A stretch of 64,000 nucleotides of DNA, taken from contig NZBA01000042.1 of the NCBI GenBank assembly GCA_002686265.1, positions 10,363 to 74,362 on the forward strand, written 5' to 3'. The DNA is from Planctomycetota bacterium. Its GTDB lineage: Bacteria > Planctomycetota > UBA1135 > GCA-002686595. Position 1 is the stretch's first letter; the number at the start of each line of letters is the position of its first letter. Made by a program: the position numbers and the translations under genes. Of this stretch, positions 19,447 to 28,289 are shown one piece after another. A model generated the notes under the pieces. The model was not told the DNA's origin. It did not search any database and worked only from the letters and a program-made list of their open reading frames with translations.

Positions 19447-19522
19447 TGGAGCGGGCGACGGGACTCGAACCCGCGACATCAAGCTTGGGAAGCTTGCACT
19501 CTACCAACTGAGTTACGCCCGC
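19447..19522 (-). tRNA. tRNA-Gly (anticodon CCC), CCA encoded
   Basis: The reverse complement is GCGGGCG TA ACTC AGTTGGTA GAGT G CAAGC TTCCCAA GCTTG ATGTC GCGGG TTCGAGT CCCGT CGCCCGC T CCA. It folds with a 7-bp acceptor stem, 4-bp D stem, 5-bp anticodon stem, loop TTCCCAA, T-loop TTCGAGT and discriminator U. Length is 76 nt. Confidence 0.9.
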
Positions 19523-19638
19523 AGGGTCACCCTGGGAGGACGGGTCGCACAGCGTACAGGCAAGACCGCCTGCCATCAATGCGGCAGTGCTGTATCCTGC
19601 CCGCAACCCACCTCCACCACCACTCCCGGACCTCTCCC

Positions 19639-20913
19639 ATGATGATCGCCTCCACAATCCTGCTCTGCGCCGCCCCCTGCGGGCCTCTTCAGGAGCCCAA
19701 CACCCTCAGCGAAGTCGAGCGCGCCGCGGGCTGGACCTTGGCTTTCGACGGCCGGACGCACGCCGGTTGGCGCCGGTTTCGGGGCGAGGGCTTCCCCGAG
19801 GGGGGCTGGGCCGTGGAGGAGGGCTCCCTGCACAAGCTGGCGGGGGCAGGCGGTGGAGATCTGGTCAGCGAGCGAGGGTACCAGGACTTCGAGTTCGCAT
19901 TTGAGTGGAAGGTCGCCTCCGGTGCCAACAGCGGGATCATGTACCGCGTCAGCGAGGAGCGCGGCAACACCTGGGAGACGGGGCCGGAGTACCAGATCCT
20001 CGACGACACCGGGCACCACGACGGTCGCCGCGCCGAGACCTCGGCGGCTTCCCTGTACGCGATGATCGCCCCGGAGCCGAGCGTCCTCAAACCCGTGGGC
20101 GAGTGGAACAGTGGTCGCATCCTCGTCGTCGGCAACCACGTCGAGCACTGGCTCAACGGTGCCCGTGTCGTCGCCTTCGAGCTGCACGACGAGGCCTGGA
20201 AGGAGCTCATCGAGGGTTGCAAGTTCAAGAACATGCCCGGCTTCGGCAAGGAGCGCCGCGGGCACATCGCCCTGCAGGACCACGGCGACGACGTGTGGTA
20301 CCGCAACCTGAAGATCCGAGACCTCGACTTCGACGACGAGCGAGCCGGTACCTTGTTCAACGGTCGGGACCTGGCCGGCTGGACACACCATCTCGACGGA
20401 GAGGTTGACGCATCGGCGGTGTGGAGTGTCAGCGAGGAGGGCGTGCTCGTTTGCCGTGGCCGGCCGATCGGCTACCTGCGCACCGAGGACGATCACGAGA
20501 ACTTCGTCCTGCGGCTCGAGTGGCGCTTCAACCCGGTGACGAAGGAGGCCGGCAACAGCGGTGTCCTCCTGCGCCAGCTCGGTCCCGACAAGGTCTGGCC
20601 CCGCAGTATCGAGGCCCAGCTCCAGAGCGGTGCGGCCGGGGATTTCTGGAACATCGACGCCTTTCCGATGAAAGTCGTCGAGGAGCGTACGAGTGGGCGC
20701 AACACCCGTAGGACCGGAACCAACGAGTCACCGATCGGTGAGTGGAACCGCTACGAGATCACCGCTTGGAAGGGAAACGTCGTCCTGCGCGTGAACGGCG
20801 AGGTCCTCAATCAAGCCTGGGACTGTCTGGAAACGCCGGGGAAGATCTGCCTCCAATCGGAGGGAGCGGAGATCCACTTCCGGAGGATCGCACTCACCTC
20901 CCTGGGTTCCTGA
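19639..20913 (+). CDS. Secreted protein with two DUF1080 (3-keto-disaccharide hydrolase-like) domains
   Basis: Start at MMIASTILLCAA. Two copies of the pattern GW..F......W.V.DG.L ... GDL.S...Y.DFEL..EW....GNSG...R ... EYQILD ... GEWN...I...G....H.LNG ... G.I.LQ.HG..V.FRNI.I. Confidence 0.85.
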   Translation: MMIASTILLCAAPCGPLQEPNTLSEVERAAGWTLAFDGRTHAGWRRFRGEGFPEGGWAVEEGSLHKLAGAGGGDLVSERGYQDFEFAFEWKVASGANSGIMYRVSEERGNTWETGPEYQILDDTGHHDGRRAETSAASLYAMIAPEPSVLKPVGEWNSGRILVVGNHVEHWLNGARVVAFELHDEAWKELIEGCKFKNMPGFGKERRGHIALQDHGDDVWYRNLKIRDLDFDDERAGTLFNGRDLAGWTHHLDGEVDASAVWSVSEEGVLVCRGRPIGYLRTEDDHENFVLRLEWRFNPVTKEAGNSGVLLRQLGPDKVWPRSIEAQLQSGAAGDFWNIDAFPMKVVEERTSGRNTRRTGTNESPIGEWNRYEITAWKGNVVLRVNGEVLNQAWDCLETPGKICLQSEGAEIHFRRIALTSLGS

Positions 20914-20922
20914 TGCGGGAGC

Positions 20923-22029
20923 TCAGGGTAGCCAGATGATCTCCATTCCGTTGGTCAGGTTGAAGGTCGTGCCGCACGGGCTGGTTTGCGGATCGCGATA
21001 CCACAGCTGGTAGCGCTTGGTGCCGCCGACTGATACGCCACCCTGTTCGGCGATGCTGACCGTCGTGCTCGAGGCGCCACTCGCGTCGGCCACCCGCACC
21101 TGCAGGCGAACCACGTTGCCGCCGGCACAGCGCAGTCCGTCTCCGAAGACCACGCCCGCGCCGCCGTTCACCGCATTGTCGCCCTGGAAGTAGAGACCGG
21201 GCTGGTTGGGAGCCAGCTGCGAACCCTCGAGGGCGAGGTCCTCGGTGGTCACGCTGCTCGATCCGCTCGCCCCCAGCAAGGCTCCCAGTCCCGTGCCGTT
21301 CATGCAGCCCTCGCCCGAGCCGCCGAAGTTCCCGCAGGGGCAGGAAGCACTACTGCCGTCCCCGAAGCAGAACGCCTGCTGGGGCGTGATCGAGTCGGCG
21401 ATGATGTCGCCCATCAACGTGAAATCGAAAGTGATCCCCGTCGAGGGCTCGACGAACTGCAGGAGATGGAACTGGGGAGAGTCGATATGGACCGTTCCGT
21501 TGGGGAGCACGGTGAACTGACCGAAGACGACTTGCGAGGTTCCCGAAACGCCGGCGAGGTCGTACTCGTAGGGAAACGTCCCGAGCAGAATGAAGTGCAC
21601 GACGCCGGCGGAGAATTCGAACGTGAACTCACCCTGGAAGCTGCCGTCGGAGGTCGTCGGGTCTCCGAAGTCCAGCGGAAGGGACGTCACTCCGCACACG
21701 ACCCCCTCGAAGTGAAACTCGACCAGCGGGGGCGCGCCGGGGATCGGGTTGGGAAAGTAGCCCATGATGTCGGGAGTCCAGGCGACGGTTCCGTTCTCGA
21801 AGGTACCGGAGCTCACGTTCCCGCTGGCGTTCATGCCCAGCTCCGCGAACTGCACCCCCGACCACTCGAATTCGTTGTCGATGACCGGGACGGCGCTGGC
21901 GTTCATGGCCGTCATCGTCCACTCCCACTGGGACTGGGCGCTATCCATCCAGAGTGTGGTGTTCTGGGCTTGGGCCGCCGTCGTCGTGAGAGTGATGACT
22001 CCGAGGACGCTGATGAGGGTGTGTTTCAT
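20923..22029 (-). CDS. Secreted 368-aa protein: unknown N-domain plus C-terminal six-Cys module (paralogue A)
   Basis: Signal peptide MKHTLISVLGVITLTTTAAQAQ. AAGGAAGGA lies 7 nt before the ATG. C-terminus: CFGDGSSASCPCGNFGGSGEGCMNGT ... NQPGLYFQGDNAVNGGAGVVFGDGLRCAGG ... YQLWYRDPQTSPCGTTFNLTNG. Confidence 0.75.
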   Translation of the reverse strand: MKHTLISVLGVITLTTTAAQAQNTTLWMDSAQSQWEWTMTAMNASAVPVIDNEFEWSGVQFAELGMNASGNVSSGTFENGTVAWTPDIMGYFPNPIPGAPPLVEFHFEGVVCGVTSLPLDFGDPTTSDGSFQGEFTFEFSAGVVHFILLGTFPYEYDLAGVSGTSQVVFGQFTVLPNGTVHIDSPQFHLLQFVEPSTGITFDFTLMGDIIADSITPQQAFCFGDGSSASCPCGNFGGSGEGCMNGTGLGALLGASGSSSVTTEDLALEGSQLAPNQPGLYFQGDNAVNGGAGVVFGDGLRCAGGNVVRLQVRVADASGASSTTVSIAEQGGVSVGGTKRYQLWYRDPQTSPCGTTFNLTNGMEIIWLP

Positions 22030-22094
22030 CGCTGGTTCCTTCCTTGTGGAATTGGTTCAGGAGGAGCGGGGCTGCCGCCGGTGGGCCGGGTTGA

Positions 22095-23201
22095 TCAGGG
22101 AAGCCAGAAGATCTCCATCCCGTTGGTCAGGTTGAAGGTCGTGCCGCACGTGGTCGTCTGGGGGTCGCGGTACCAGAGCTGGTAGCGCTTGGTGGAGCCG
22201 GCCGCGACGCCGCCCTCGGCCCCGACGTCAATCGTGGTGTTCGAGGCGCCGCCGGAGTCGGCGGCGCGCACCTGCAGGCGGGCGACTCCGCCGCCGGCGC
22301 AGCGCAAGCCGTCGCCGAAGGTGACGCCCGCGCCGCCGTTCACGGCGTTGTCGCCTTGGAAGTAGAGTCCGGGCTGACCGGGGACCAGCTGGGAGCCGTG
22401 CAGGACGAGATCGCCGTCGGAGATGCTCGTGCTGCCACTCGCGCTGAGCACGGCGCCCTGGAGGGTGCCGTTCATGCAGCCCTCGCCCGTCCCTCCGAAG
22501 TTCCCGCAGGGACAGGTGCTCGCGCTGCCGTCACCGAAGCAGAAAGCCTGCTGCGTGATGAGCGAGTCCGCAACGATGTCCCCCCACAGGTCGATCGTGA
22601 ACGTGATTCCCGTGCTGGGCTCGGTGACGACCGCGTTGTGGCTCTGGAACGAGTCGAGGTGGATGGTCCCGCCGGGCAGGACGGTGAACTGCCCGAAGAC
22701 CACCTGGGAGTTCGTCGCCAGGCCGGTGAGGTCGAAGTCGTAGGGGAATCCGCCCAGGATCACCAAGTGGACGATGCCGCTGGTGAACACGTACTCCGAG
22801 TCGCCCTGGAAGCTCCCGTCGGAGGTAGCGGGATCACCGAAGTCGAGCGGAAGGGACTGGGCGGAGAGCTCGACGCCGTAGATCTGGAAATCGACGAGGT
22901 TGGGGAGCCCCGGGATCGGGTTCGGGAAGAAGCCCTCGATGTCGGGGAAGATCGTGACCTCCGAATCGATGAACTGACCCGAGCTCACGTTGCCGCTGGC
23001 GTTGGTCCCCAGCTCGATGTACAGGGGGCCGTACAGATCGAACTCGTTGTCGATCAACGGCACCGCGTTCTGATTGAGTGCCGAGGCGTCCCACTCCCAT
23101 GCGGAGGCCGCGGAGTCGATCCACATGGTCGTGTTCTGGGCCAGGGCGGCGGGGGCGCCGAGGGCGAGCAGGGCGGAGAAGGTGGCGATCGAGGTCTTCA
23201 T
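22095..23201 (-). CDS. Secreted 368-aa protein: unknown N-domain plus C-terminal six-Cys module (paralogue B)
   Basis: Signal peptide MKTSIATFSALLALGAPAALAQ. Same length and colinear with 20923..22029 (QNTTxWxDSA, IDNEF, NASGNVSSG, FPNPIPG, LPLDFGDPxTSDGSFQG, SQVVFGQFTVLP, EPSTGITF). It carries the same C-terminal module. Confidence 0.75.
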   Translation of the reverse strand: MKTSIATFSALLALGAPAALAQNTTMWIDSAASAWEWDASALNQNAVPLIDNEFDLYGPLYIELGTNASGNVSSGQFIDSEVTIFPDIEGFFPNPIPGLPNLVDFQIYGVELSAQSLPLDFGDPATSDGSFQGDSEYVFTSGIVHLVILGGFPYDFDLTGLATNSQVVFGQFTVLPGGTIHLDSFQSHNAVVTEPSTGITFTIDLWGDIVADSLITQQAFCFGDGSASTCPCGNFGGTGEGCMNGTLQGAVLSASGSTSISDGDLVLHGSQLVPGQPGLYFQGDNAVNGGAGVTFGDGLRCAGGGVARLQVRAADSGGASNTTIDVGAEGGVAAGSTKRYQLWYRDPQTTTCGTTFNLTNGMEIFWLP

Positions 23202-23416
23202 GGGGGTTCTAGTCGGGTGGGCTCTGTCTCGCCCCCGGGGCGCGGGAGCGCCGGGACGGGGGGCGCAGGGGCTCCGGACACTGGATCAGGATTGTAGCCT
23301 GGATTCCAGCGGGCGGCAGGAGGGCACCCCGGGAGGGCCAGTGAGGGTTCGGGGAGCCGCTCCAGAGGCCTGCGCGGGCCCCGGCAAGCCGGCATCGAGC
23401 CGGCGTCCTCCTTATC

Positions 23417-24502
23417 ATGGCTTCGATGCTCATCGTCGTTTCCCTGCTCTGCTGGTTCGCCGCGAGCCCTGACTCGGATCCCCTGCCGGACGCGGCGCTG
23501 CCCGACTCCCTGCGGCTGCACCAGATCCAGGCTCTGGGGACGCACAACAGCTACCACGTCGCCCCGCGTATCGCGCTCCATCCCTCCCACCGCTACACGC
23601 ACGCGCCCCTGGCCGAACAGCTCGCAGTCCAGGGCGTGCGCCAGCTCGAGCTCGACGTCCATCTGCGGGAGGGCGAGGGCTTCGAGGTCTTCCACCTGCC
23701 GGTGATCGATGATGCCACTCGTTGCCTGGAGTTCGGCGCCTGCCTGCGCTCCATCCGCGACTGGTCGCGAGCGAATCCCGTGCACGTCCCGCTCTTGATC
23801 TGGATCGAGCCCAAGGACGAGCTGGACGGGAGCGTGGACGGATTGGTCTCGATCGAGGGGCGTTACGACTTGCTCGAGGCGGAGATCCGGGCGACCTGGC
23901 CGCGTGAGCGCCTGATCGTCCCCGACGACGTTCGCGGCGAGAGCGACTCCCTTCCGGCCGGGATCGCCGAGCGCGGCTGGCCGACCCTGGGTGAGTCGCG
24001 CGGGAAGACGCTCTTCGCCTTGCTCGACACGCAGCGGCACCGCGACGCCTACGTCCAAAGCGCCCCGCTCCTCGAAGGGCGTGTTCTCTTCGCAGCCGCC
24101 ACGGATACGAGGCAACCCTACGCCGCGCTCTTCAAACTGGGCGACGTGAGGGGGCGCGAGGAGCGAATCCGCGAACTGCTCGGGGCGAGCTTCATCGTGA
24201 CCGCCACGGCCGACCACGCGGACGCGGAGCCCGCGGAGAACCAGGCGCGCATGCGCGCGACCTTGCTCTCGGGCGTGCAGTTCATCAGCACCGACTTCCC
24301 GGCGGCGGGGGAGGAGGGGACCTACTGGATGCGGATGCCCGGCGGGGCGAGCGTGCGCGCCAACCCTGTCACCGCTCCCTCCTCGGCCCAGGGAGCCTCG
24401 GAGCCGCGACCTTCGGGCGGGCCTGGCGAGGATGCCGCTCTCGAGCCTCCCGGAGGGAACCTCGGCGGCGCGGGAGGGTTACACTCCCGGACCATCCCGT
24501 GA
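23417..24502 (+). CDS. PLC-like phosphodiesterase (Ca-dependent PI-PLC X-domain-like)
   Basis: N-terminal hydrophobic segment, then IQALGTHNSYH ... GVRQLELDVH ... VFHLP, typical of the PI-PLC-like TIM-barrel phosphodiesterase family. The C-terminus has QFISTDFP. Confidence 0.65.
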   Translation: MASMLIVVSLLCWFAASPDSDPLPDAALPDSLRLHQIQALGTHNSYHVAPRIALHPSHRYTHAPLAEQLAVQGVRQLELDVHLREGEGFEVFHLPVIDDATRCLEFGACLRSIRDWSRANPVHVPLLIWIEPKDELDGSVDGLVSIEGRYDLLEAEIRATWPRERLIVPDDVRGESDSLPAGIAERGWPTLGESRGKTLFALLDTQRHRDAYVQSAPLLEGRVLFAAATDTRQPYAALFKLGDVRGREERIRELLGASFIVTATADHADAEPAENQARMRATLLSGVQFISTDFPAAGEEGTYWMRMPGGASVRANPVTAPSSAQGASEPRPSGGPGEDAALEPPGGNLGGAGGLHSRTIP

Positions 24503-24550
24503 TCGCTCGCGCCGCTGCCGCCTAGCCCTCGCGAACAAGCCTCCACCTGC

Positions 24551-25744
24551 ATGATCTACCGCCACATCGCCGCGCACCTGAGTTCCGTGGGCCTGGCCAT
24601 CGCCCTCGCCAACCCCACCGCCCTCGCCTTTCCCTTGCCCCAGGAGGGCGGCGACGAGATCGCCGACGCCCTACGCAAGCTCGAGACCGAGGCCGACTCC
24701 GTCTGGGAGTACATGACGAACGTCTACGACGCCGACCACGACGGTGCGATCACCTTCACCGAGTACGCGCGCACGAAGGAGGCCTTCGAGCGCCTCGACG
24801 TGGACAAGAGCGGGACACTCACCCGCGAGGACTTCGCGCGCGGCGGGGCGCAAGGGGGCGGCGGCCGCCGGGGCGGTGGCCGCCGAGGCGGGGCGGGGCG
24901 CGGAGAGCGTGGTGGCCGGGGGGGCGGCGAAGCTCGCTCGGGCCGCGAGGGCCGTCGTTCCGCGCGGGCGCGCAGCCCCAAGGTGGGGGCGCCGGCTCCG
25001 GATTTCGAGCTGGTCGTGCTCGAGGAACCCGCCGCTCCGCCCGAGAGCGGCGCAGCCCCAGCCGCCGGCGGCGAGCGGGAAGAGCCCGCGCCGCCCGCGC
25101 CGCCCGCTGCAGGAGAGAAGGGCGAGCAGGGGAAGAAGGGCAAGAAGGACCAAGAGGGCGAGGACGGGAAGAAGGAGGACCCCGAGAAGATCAGGCTCTC
25201 TTCGTTCAAGGGCAAGCGAGCCGTCGCTTTGATCTTCGGCAGCTACACATGACCTCCCTTTCGTCGCTCGGTCGGGCGACTCAAGGAACTGCAGGCTTCC
25301 TACGGTGAGAAGGTCGAGTTTCTGGTGGTCTACATAGCCGAGGCCCACGCCTTCGACGGCGCCTCGCCCCGTGGGGGCCGCGACGGGAATCCAATCGTCG
25401 AGGAGCCGATATCGATTGATGAGCGCCTCGCGGTCGCGACGGTCTGCCGCGAGCGGCTGGACCTCTCTCCGATGACCGTGCTGATCGACGACATGAAGAA
25501 CACCGCGGACGGGGCCTACGCGGGCTTCCCCGACCGTCTCTACCTCGTCGGCAGAAACGGCCGCGTGGCCTACGCCGGGGACCCGGGGCCGATCGGATTC
25601 CGTCCCGACGAGCTGGAGGCCGCCATGCGCGCCGAGCTCGGCCTGCCGCCGTTGCCGAAGCCGGAGCCCGAGTCCCCGGCCGAAGACGGCGCGGGGTCGG
25701 ACGGGGGCCGCCGGCGGCCTGGCGGCGGGGAAGACGCGCGCTGA
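24551..25744 (+). CDS. Secreted EF-hand plus deiodinase-like thioredoxin-fold selenoprotein (in-frame TGA at 25250..25252 read as Sec)
   Basis: Track ORFs 24551..25252 and 25325..25744 are in the same frame and separated by a single TGA. Read-through gives KRAVALIFGSYT-U-PPFRRSVGRLKELQASYGEKVEFLVVYIAEAHAFDG ... DDMKNTADGAYAGFPDRLYLVGRNGRVAYAGDPGP, which is the deiodinase-type active-site context. The N-terminus has a signal peptide and EF-hand loops DADHDGAITFTE and DVDKSGTLTRED. Confidence 0.7.
25257..25286 (+). promoter_or_regulatory. Candidate bacterial SECIS hairpin
   Basis: It starts 5 nt after the TGA. Structure: CCUU/AAGG (4 bp), a 2x2 internal loop UC/UC, GUCGC/GCGAC (5 bp), and an 8-nt apical loop UCGGUCGG containing GGUC 18-21 nt downstream of the UGA. 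Folded by eye only. Confidence 0.45.
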
Positions 25745-25782
25745 CCCCTACGCCCGAATCCCTCGCGACCTTCGGCGCGGCG

Positions 25783-26481
25783 ATGGCGCGCCTGGAGGAG
25801 GAGCTCGACTGGGAACGCCTCGGACGCACCTACTGCAGCGAGGGCGGCGAAGCGTTCTTCCCGCCCGCCCAGCGCGAGGCCGTGCGTGATGTCGGGCTGC
25901 TGATGACCTCCGATCTAAGCGAAGCCCTGGACGGGCGGGCCGGGGGCAGCGTGTACGTCGGCGCGGCTCTCGCTGAGCTCGCGCCCCTGCTCTGCGAGCG
26001 CATCGTCCTCGGCCGCGAGGTTCGCGCCCTGAACCTCCCCAACGCCGAGACCGAGGAGCTCAATCGCGCCCTGAGGGTCGTCTCCGCTTCGCTCGGACGC
26101 GAGTTGGGTACGATCGAGGTCCAGCCCTTGGCGTCCCTGGCGGGCGCGGGCTTCGACCACGCCTGGGTCGTGAGTATCCTGACCGACCCGGAGGCCTTCC
26201 CCGCCCTGCACGACGAGCTCTACGAGCGCCGAGGCACGGCCCTCGCGACGGGCCGCGGTGACCTGGATCGGGACCGTCGGCGCGCCGCGGCCCTGGTCGA
26301 CGAGCTGCTCGACGCCCTCGCGCCGCCATTCCTGTTGACCACGACCGACGAGGAGCTCGCGCTGCTGGTTCCCGCCTGCGAGCGCCGCGGCCTGCGCCTG
26401 GCGATCCCCGACCACGCACGCCTCTCGGCGGTCGTCGGGGACCCGGTCCGCATCTGTCGCGCCGGGCGCGCCTCGCGCTAG
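25783..26481 (+). CDS. Hypothetical protein
   Basis: 232-aa ORF starting 38 nt after the selenoprotein stop on the same strand. Third-position GC is typical for coding. I recognise no motif. Confidence 0.5.
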   Translation: MARLEEELDWERLGRTYCSEGGEAFFPPAQREAVRDVGLLMTSDLSEALDGRAGGSVYVGAALAELAPLLCERIVLGREVRALNLPNAETEELNRALRVVSASLGRELGTIEVQPLASLAGAGFDHAWVVSILTDPEAFPALHDELYERRGTALATGRGDLDRDRRRAAALVDELLDALAPPFLLTTTDEELALLVPACERRGLRLAIPDHARLSAVVGDPVRICRAGRASR

Positions 26482-28289
26482 CCGCGCGCCGCGCGGGCGA
26501 GCTTCTTACGCTGGTCGGCCCCCAGGACGCGCTTGCGCAGGCGCAGGTCGCGGGGCGTCACCTCCAGGAGCTCGTCGTCCTCGATGTACTCGAGGTACTC
26601 CTCGAGCGACATCTCGCGCGGCGGCGTGAGCTGGACGGCGATGTCCTTGGTGGAGGAGCGGATGTTGGTCAGCTTCTTCGTGCGGCAGGCGTTGACGGGC
26701 AGGTCGTCCAGCTTGCCGTTGGAGCCCACGATCATGCCCTCGTAGACCTCCACGCCCGGGCCGACGAAGAAGATCCCGCGATCGGAGAGGGAGTCGAGCG
26801 CGTGGGCGACCGCTGAACCAGCGCGGTCGGAGACCAGAACTCCGGTCGAGCGGCGCGGGATGCGCCCGCCGTCGGTCTTCCATGCGTCGAAGACGTGGCT
26901 CAGGATCGCTTCGCCACGGCTGAGGCTGAGCAGCGACGTTCGCGCCCCGATCAGGCTGCGCGCGGGCAGGGAGAACTCCAGGCGCGTCGTGTTGCCGCGC
27001 GTGTCCATGTTCAACAGCTCGCCGCGGCGCCGGCCGAGGTACTCGATGATGCGCCCGGCGTGGTCGGCGGGGACCTCGACCGTCGCCCTCTCGTAGGGCT
27101 CGTGAGCTCGGCCATCGATCTCCCGGATGATCACGCGCGGCTTGCCCACGGCGAACTCGAAACCCTCGCGGCGCATGTTCTCGATCAGCACGCCGATGTG
27201 CATCAGGCCGCGGCCTCTGACCTCGAAGCGATCCCCGGCCGAGCCCCGGTTGACCGAGAGGGCCACGTCGCGGATCTGCGCGCGCTCGAGGCGGTCGAGC
27301 AGGTGGCGGCTCGTGACGTAGCGTCCCTCCTGTCCGGCGAAGGGCGAGTCGTTCACCAGGAACTCCATGGTGATCGTCGGCTCGTCGATCGTGATCGCCG
27401 GCAGCGGTTCGACGTGCTCGGGATCACAGAGCGTGTCGCCGATGGACAGGTCGTCGATTCCGGCCACGACGGCGACGTCTCCGGCGGAAACCGACTCGAC
27501 CGCGATGCGCTCGAGCCCCGCGTGGCGGAAGAGGCCCTTCACCGAGACCAGCGGGCTCGACTTGCGGTCGGGGTGGCACAGGCGCAGGCGCGCGCCCGCT
27601 TCGAGCTTGCCGCGCTCCACGCGCCCGATGGCGATTCGGCCCACGAAGTCGTCGTGTTCCAGGGTCGTGGCCTGGAAGCGCACCGCCGCTTCCGAGTCGT
27701 TCAGCGGCACGGGGACCTCCGTCAGGATCATCTCGAACAGCGGAGCGAGGTCCGTCCGGGGCGCCTCGGGCTGAGCGGCGGCGTAGCCGGCGCGGCCGGA
27801 GCCGAAGATCACGGGGAAGTCGAGCTGCTCCTCGCCGGCTCCGAGCTCGACGAACAGATCGAAGACCTCGGTCAGCACGTCGTCGGGGCGGGCATCGACG
27901 CGGTCGATCTTGTTGACCATCACCAGCACGCGCAGTCCCCTCTCGAGGGCCTTGCGCAGCACGAAGCGCGTTTGGGGCATCGGCCCCTCGAAGGCGTCGA
28001 CCAACAGGAGCACCGCGTCCGCCAGGGAGAGCGTGCGCTCGACCTGCCCGCCGAAGTCGGCGTGTCCGGGCGTGTCGACGATGTTGATGCGCACGCCGGC
28101 GTAGTTGATGGCGGTGTTCTTGGCCAGGATGGTGATACCCCGTTCGCGCTCCTGCGCGTCGCTGTCGAGCGCGCGCTCGCGAAGTTGCTGATTGGCGCGC
28201 ACGGTCCCGGCGAAGCGGAACATGGCGTCTACCAGGGTGGTCTTCCCGTGGTCGACGTGGGCGACGATGGCGATGTTTCGGATGCTCAC
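26478..28289 (-). CDS. typA: Translational GTPase TypA/BipA
   Basis: [45 protein letters not shown] and NKIDR are present, with a BipA-type C-terminal domain. The GTG start at 28289 overlaps the upstream stop (GTGA). This gives 603 aa, typical for TypA. Confidence 0.9.
   Translation of the reverse strand: MSIRNIAIVAHVDHGKTTLVDAMFRFAGTVRANQQLRERALDSDAQERERGITILAKNTAINYAGVRINIVDTPGHADFGGQVERTLSLADAVLLLVDAFEGPMPQTRFVLRKALERGLRVLVMVNKIDRVDARPDDVLTEVFDLFVELGAGEEQLDFPVIFGSGRAGYAAAQPEAPRTDLAPLFEMILTEVPVPLNDSEAAVRFQATTLEHDDFVGRIAIGRVERGKLEAGARLRLCHPDRKSSPLVSVKGLFRHAGLERIAVESVSAGDVAVVAGIDDLSIGDTLCDPEHVEPLPAITIDEPTITMEFLVNDSPFAGQEGRYVTSRHLLDRLERAQIRDVALSVNRGSAGDRFEVRGRGLMHIGVLIENMRREGFEFAVGKPRVIIREIDGRAHEPYERATVEVPADHAGRIIEYLGRRRGELLNMDTRGNTTRLEFSLPARSLIGARTSLLSLSRGEAILSHVFDAWKTDGGRIPRRSTGVLVSDRAGSAVAHALDSLSDRGIFFVGPGVEVYEGMIVGSNGKLDDLPVNACRTKKLTNIRSSTKDIAVQLTPPREMSLEEYLEYIEDDELLEVTPRDLRLRKRVLGADQRKKLARAARG

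Noticed and set aside
19328-19638. tRNA-Gly as an integration site for a genomic island
   Set aside because: I found no integrase, no phage or mobile genes, and no obvious direct repeat of the tRNA 3' end in the flanks. The neighbouring genes have the same composition as the rest of the window.
25250-25252. TGA interpreted as a genuine stop (two separate genes or a pseudogene)
   Set aside because: The downstream piece would have to start inside a conserved beta-strand, with no plausible start codon or RBS. The TGA sits exactly at the Sec/Cys position of the FGSxT-U-PPF motif, and a hairpin follows it. The pseudogene reading cannot be excluded without checking the genome for Sec machinery.
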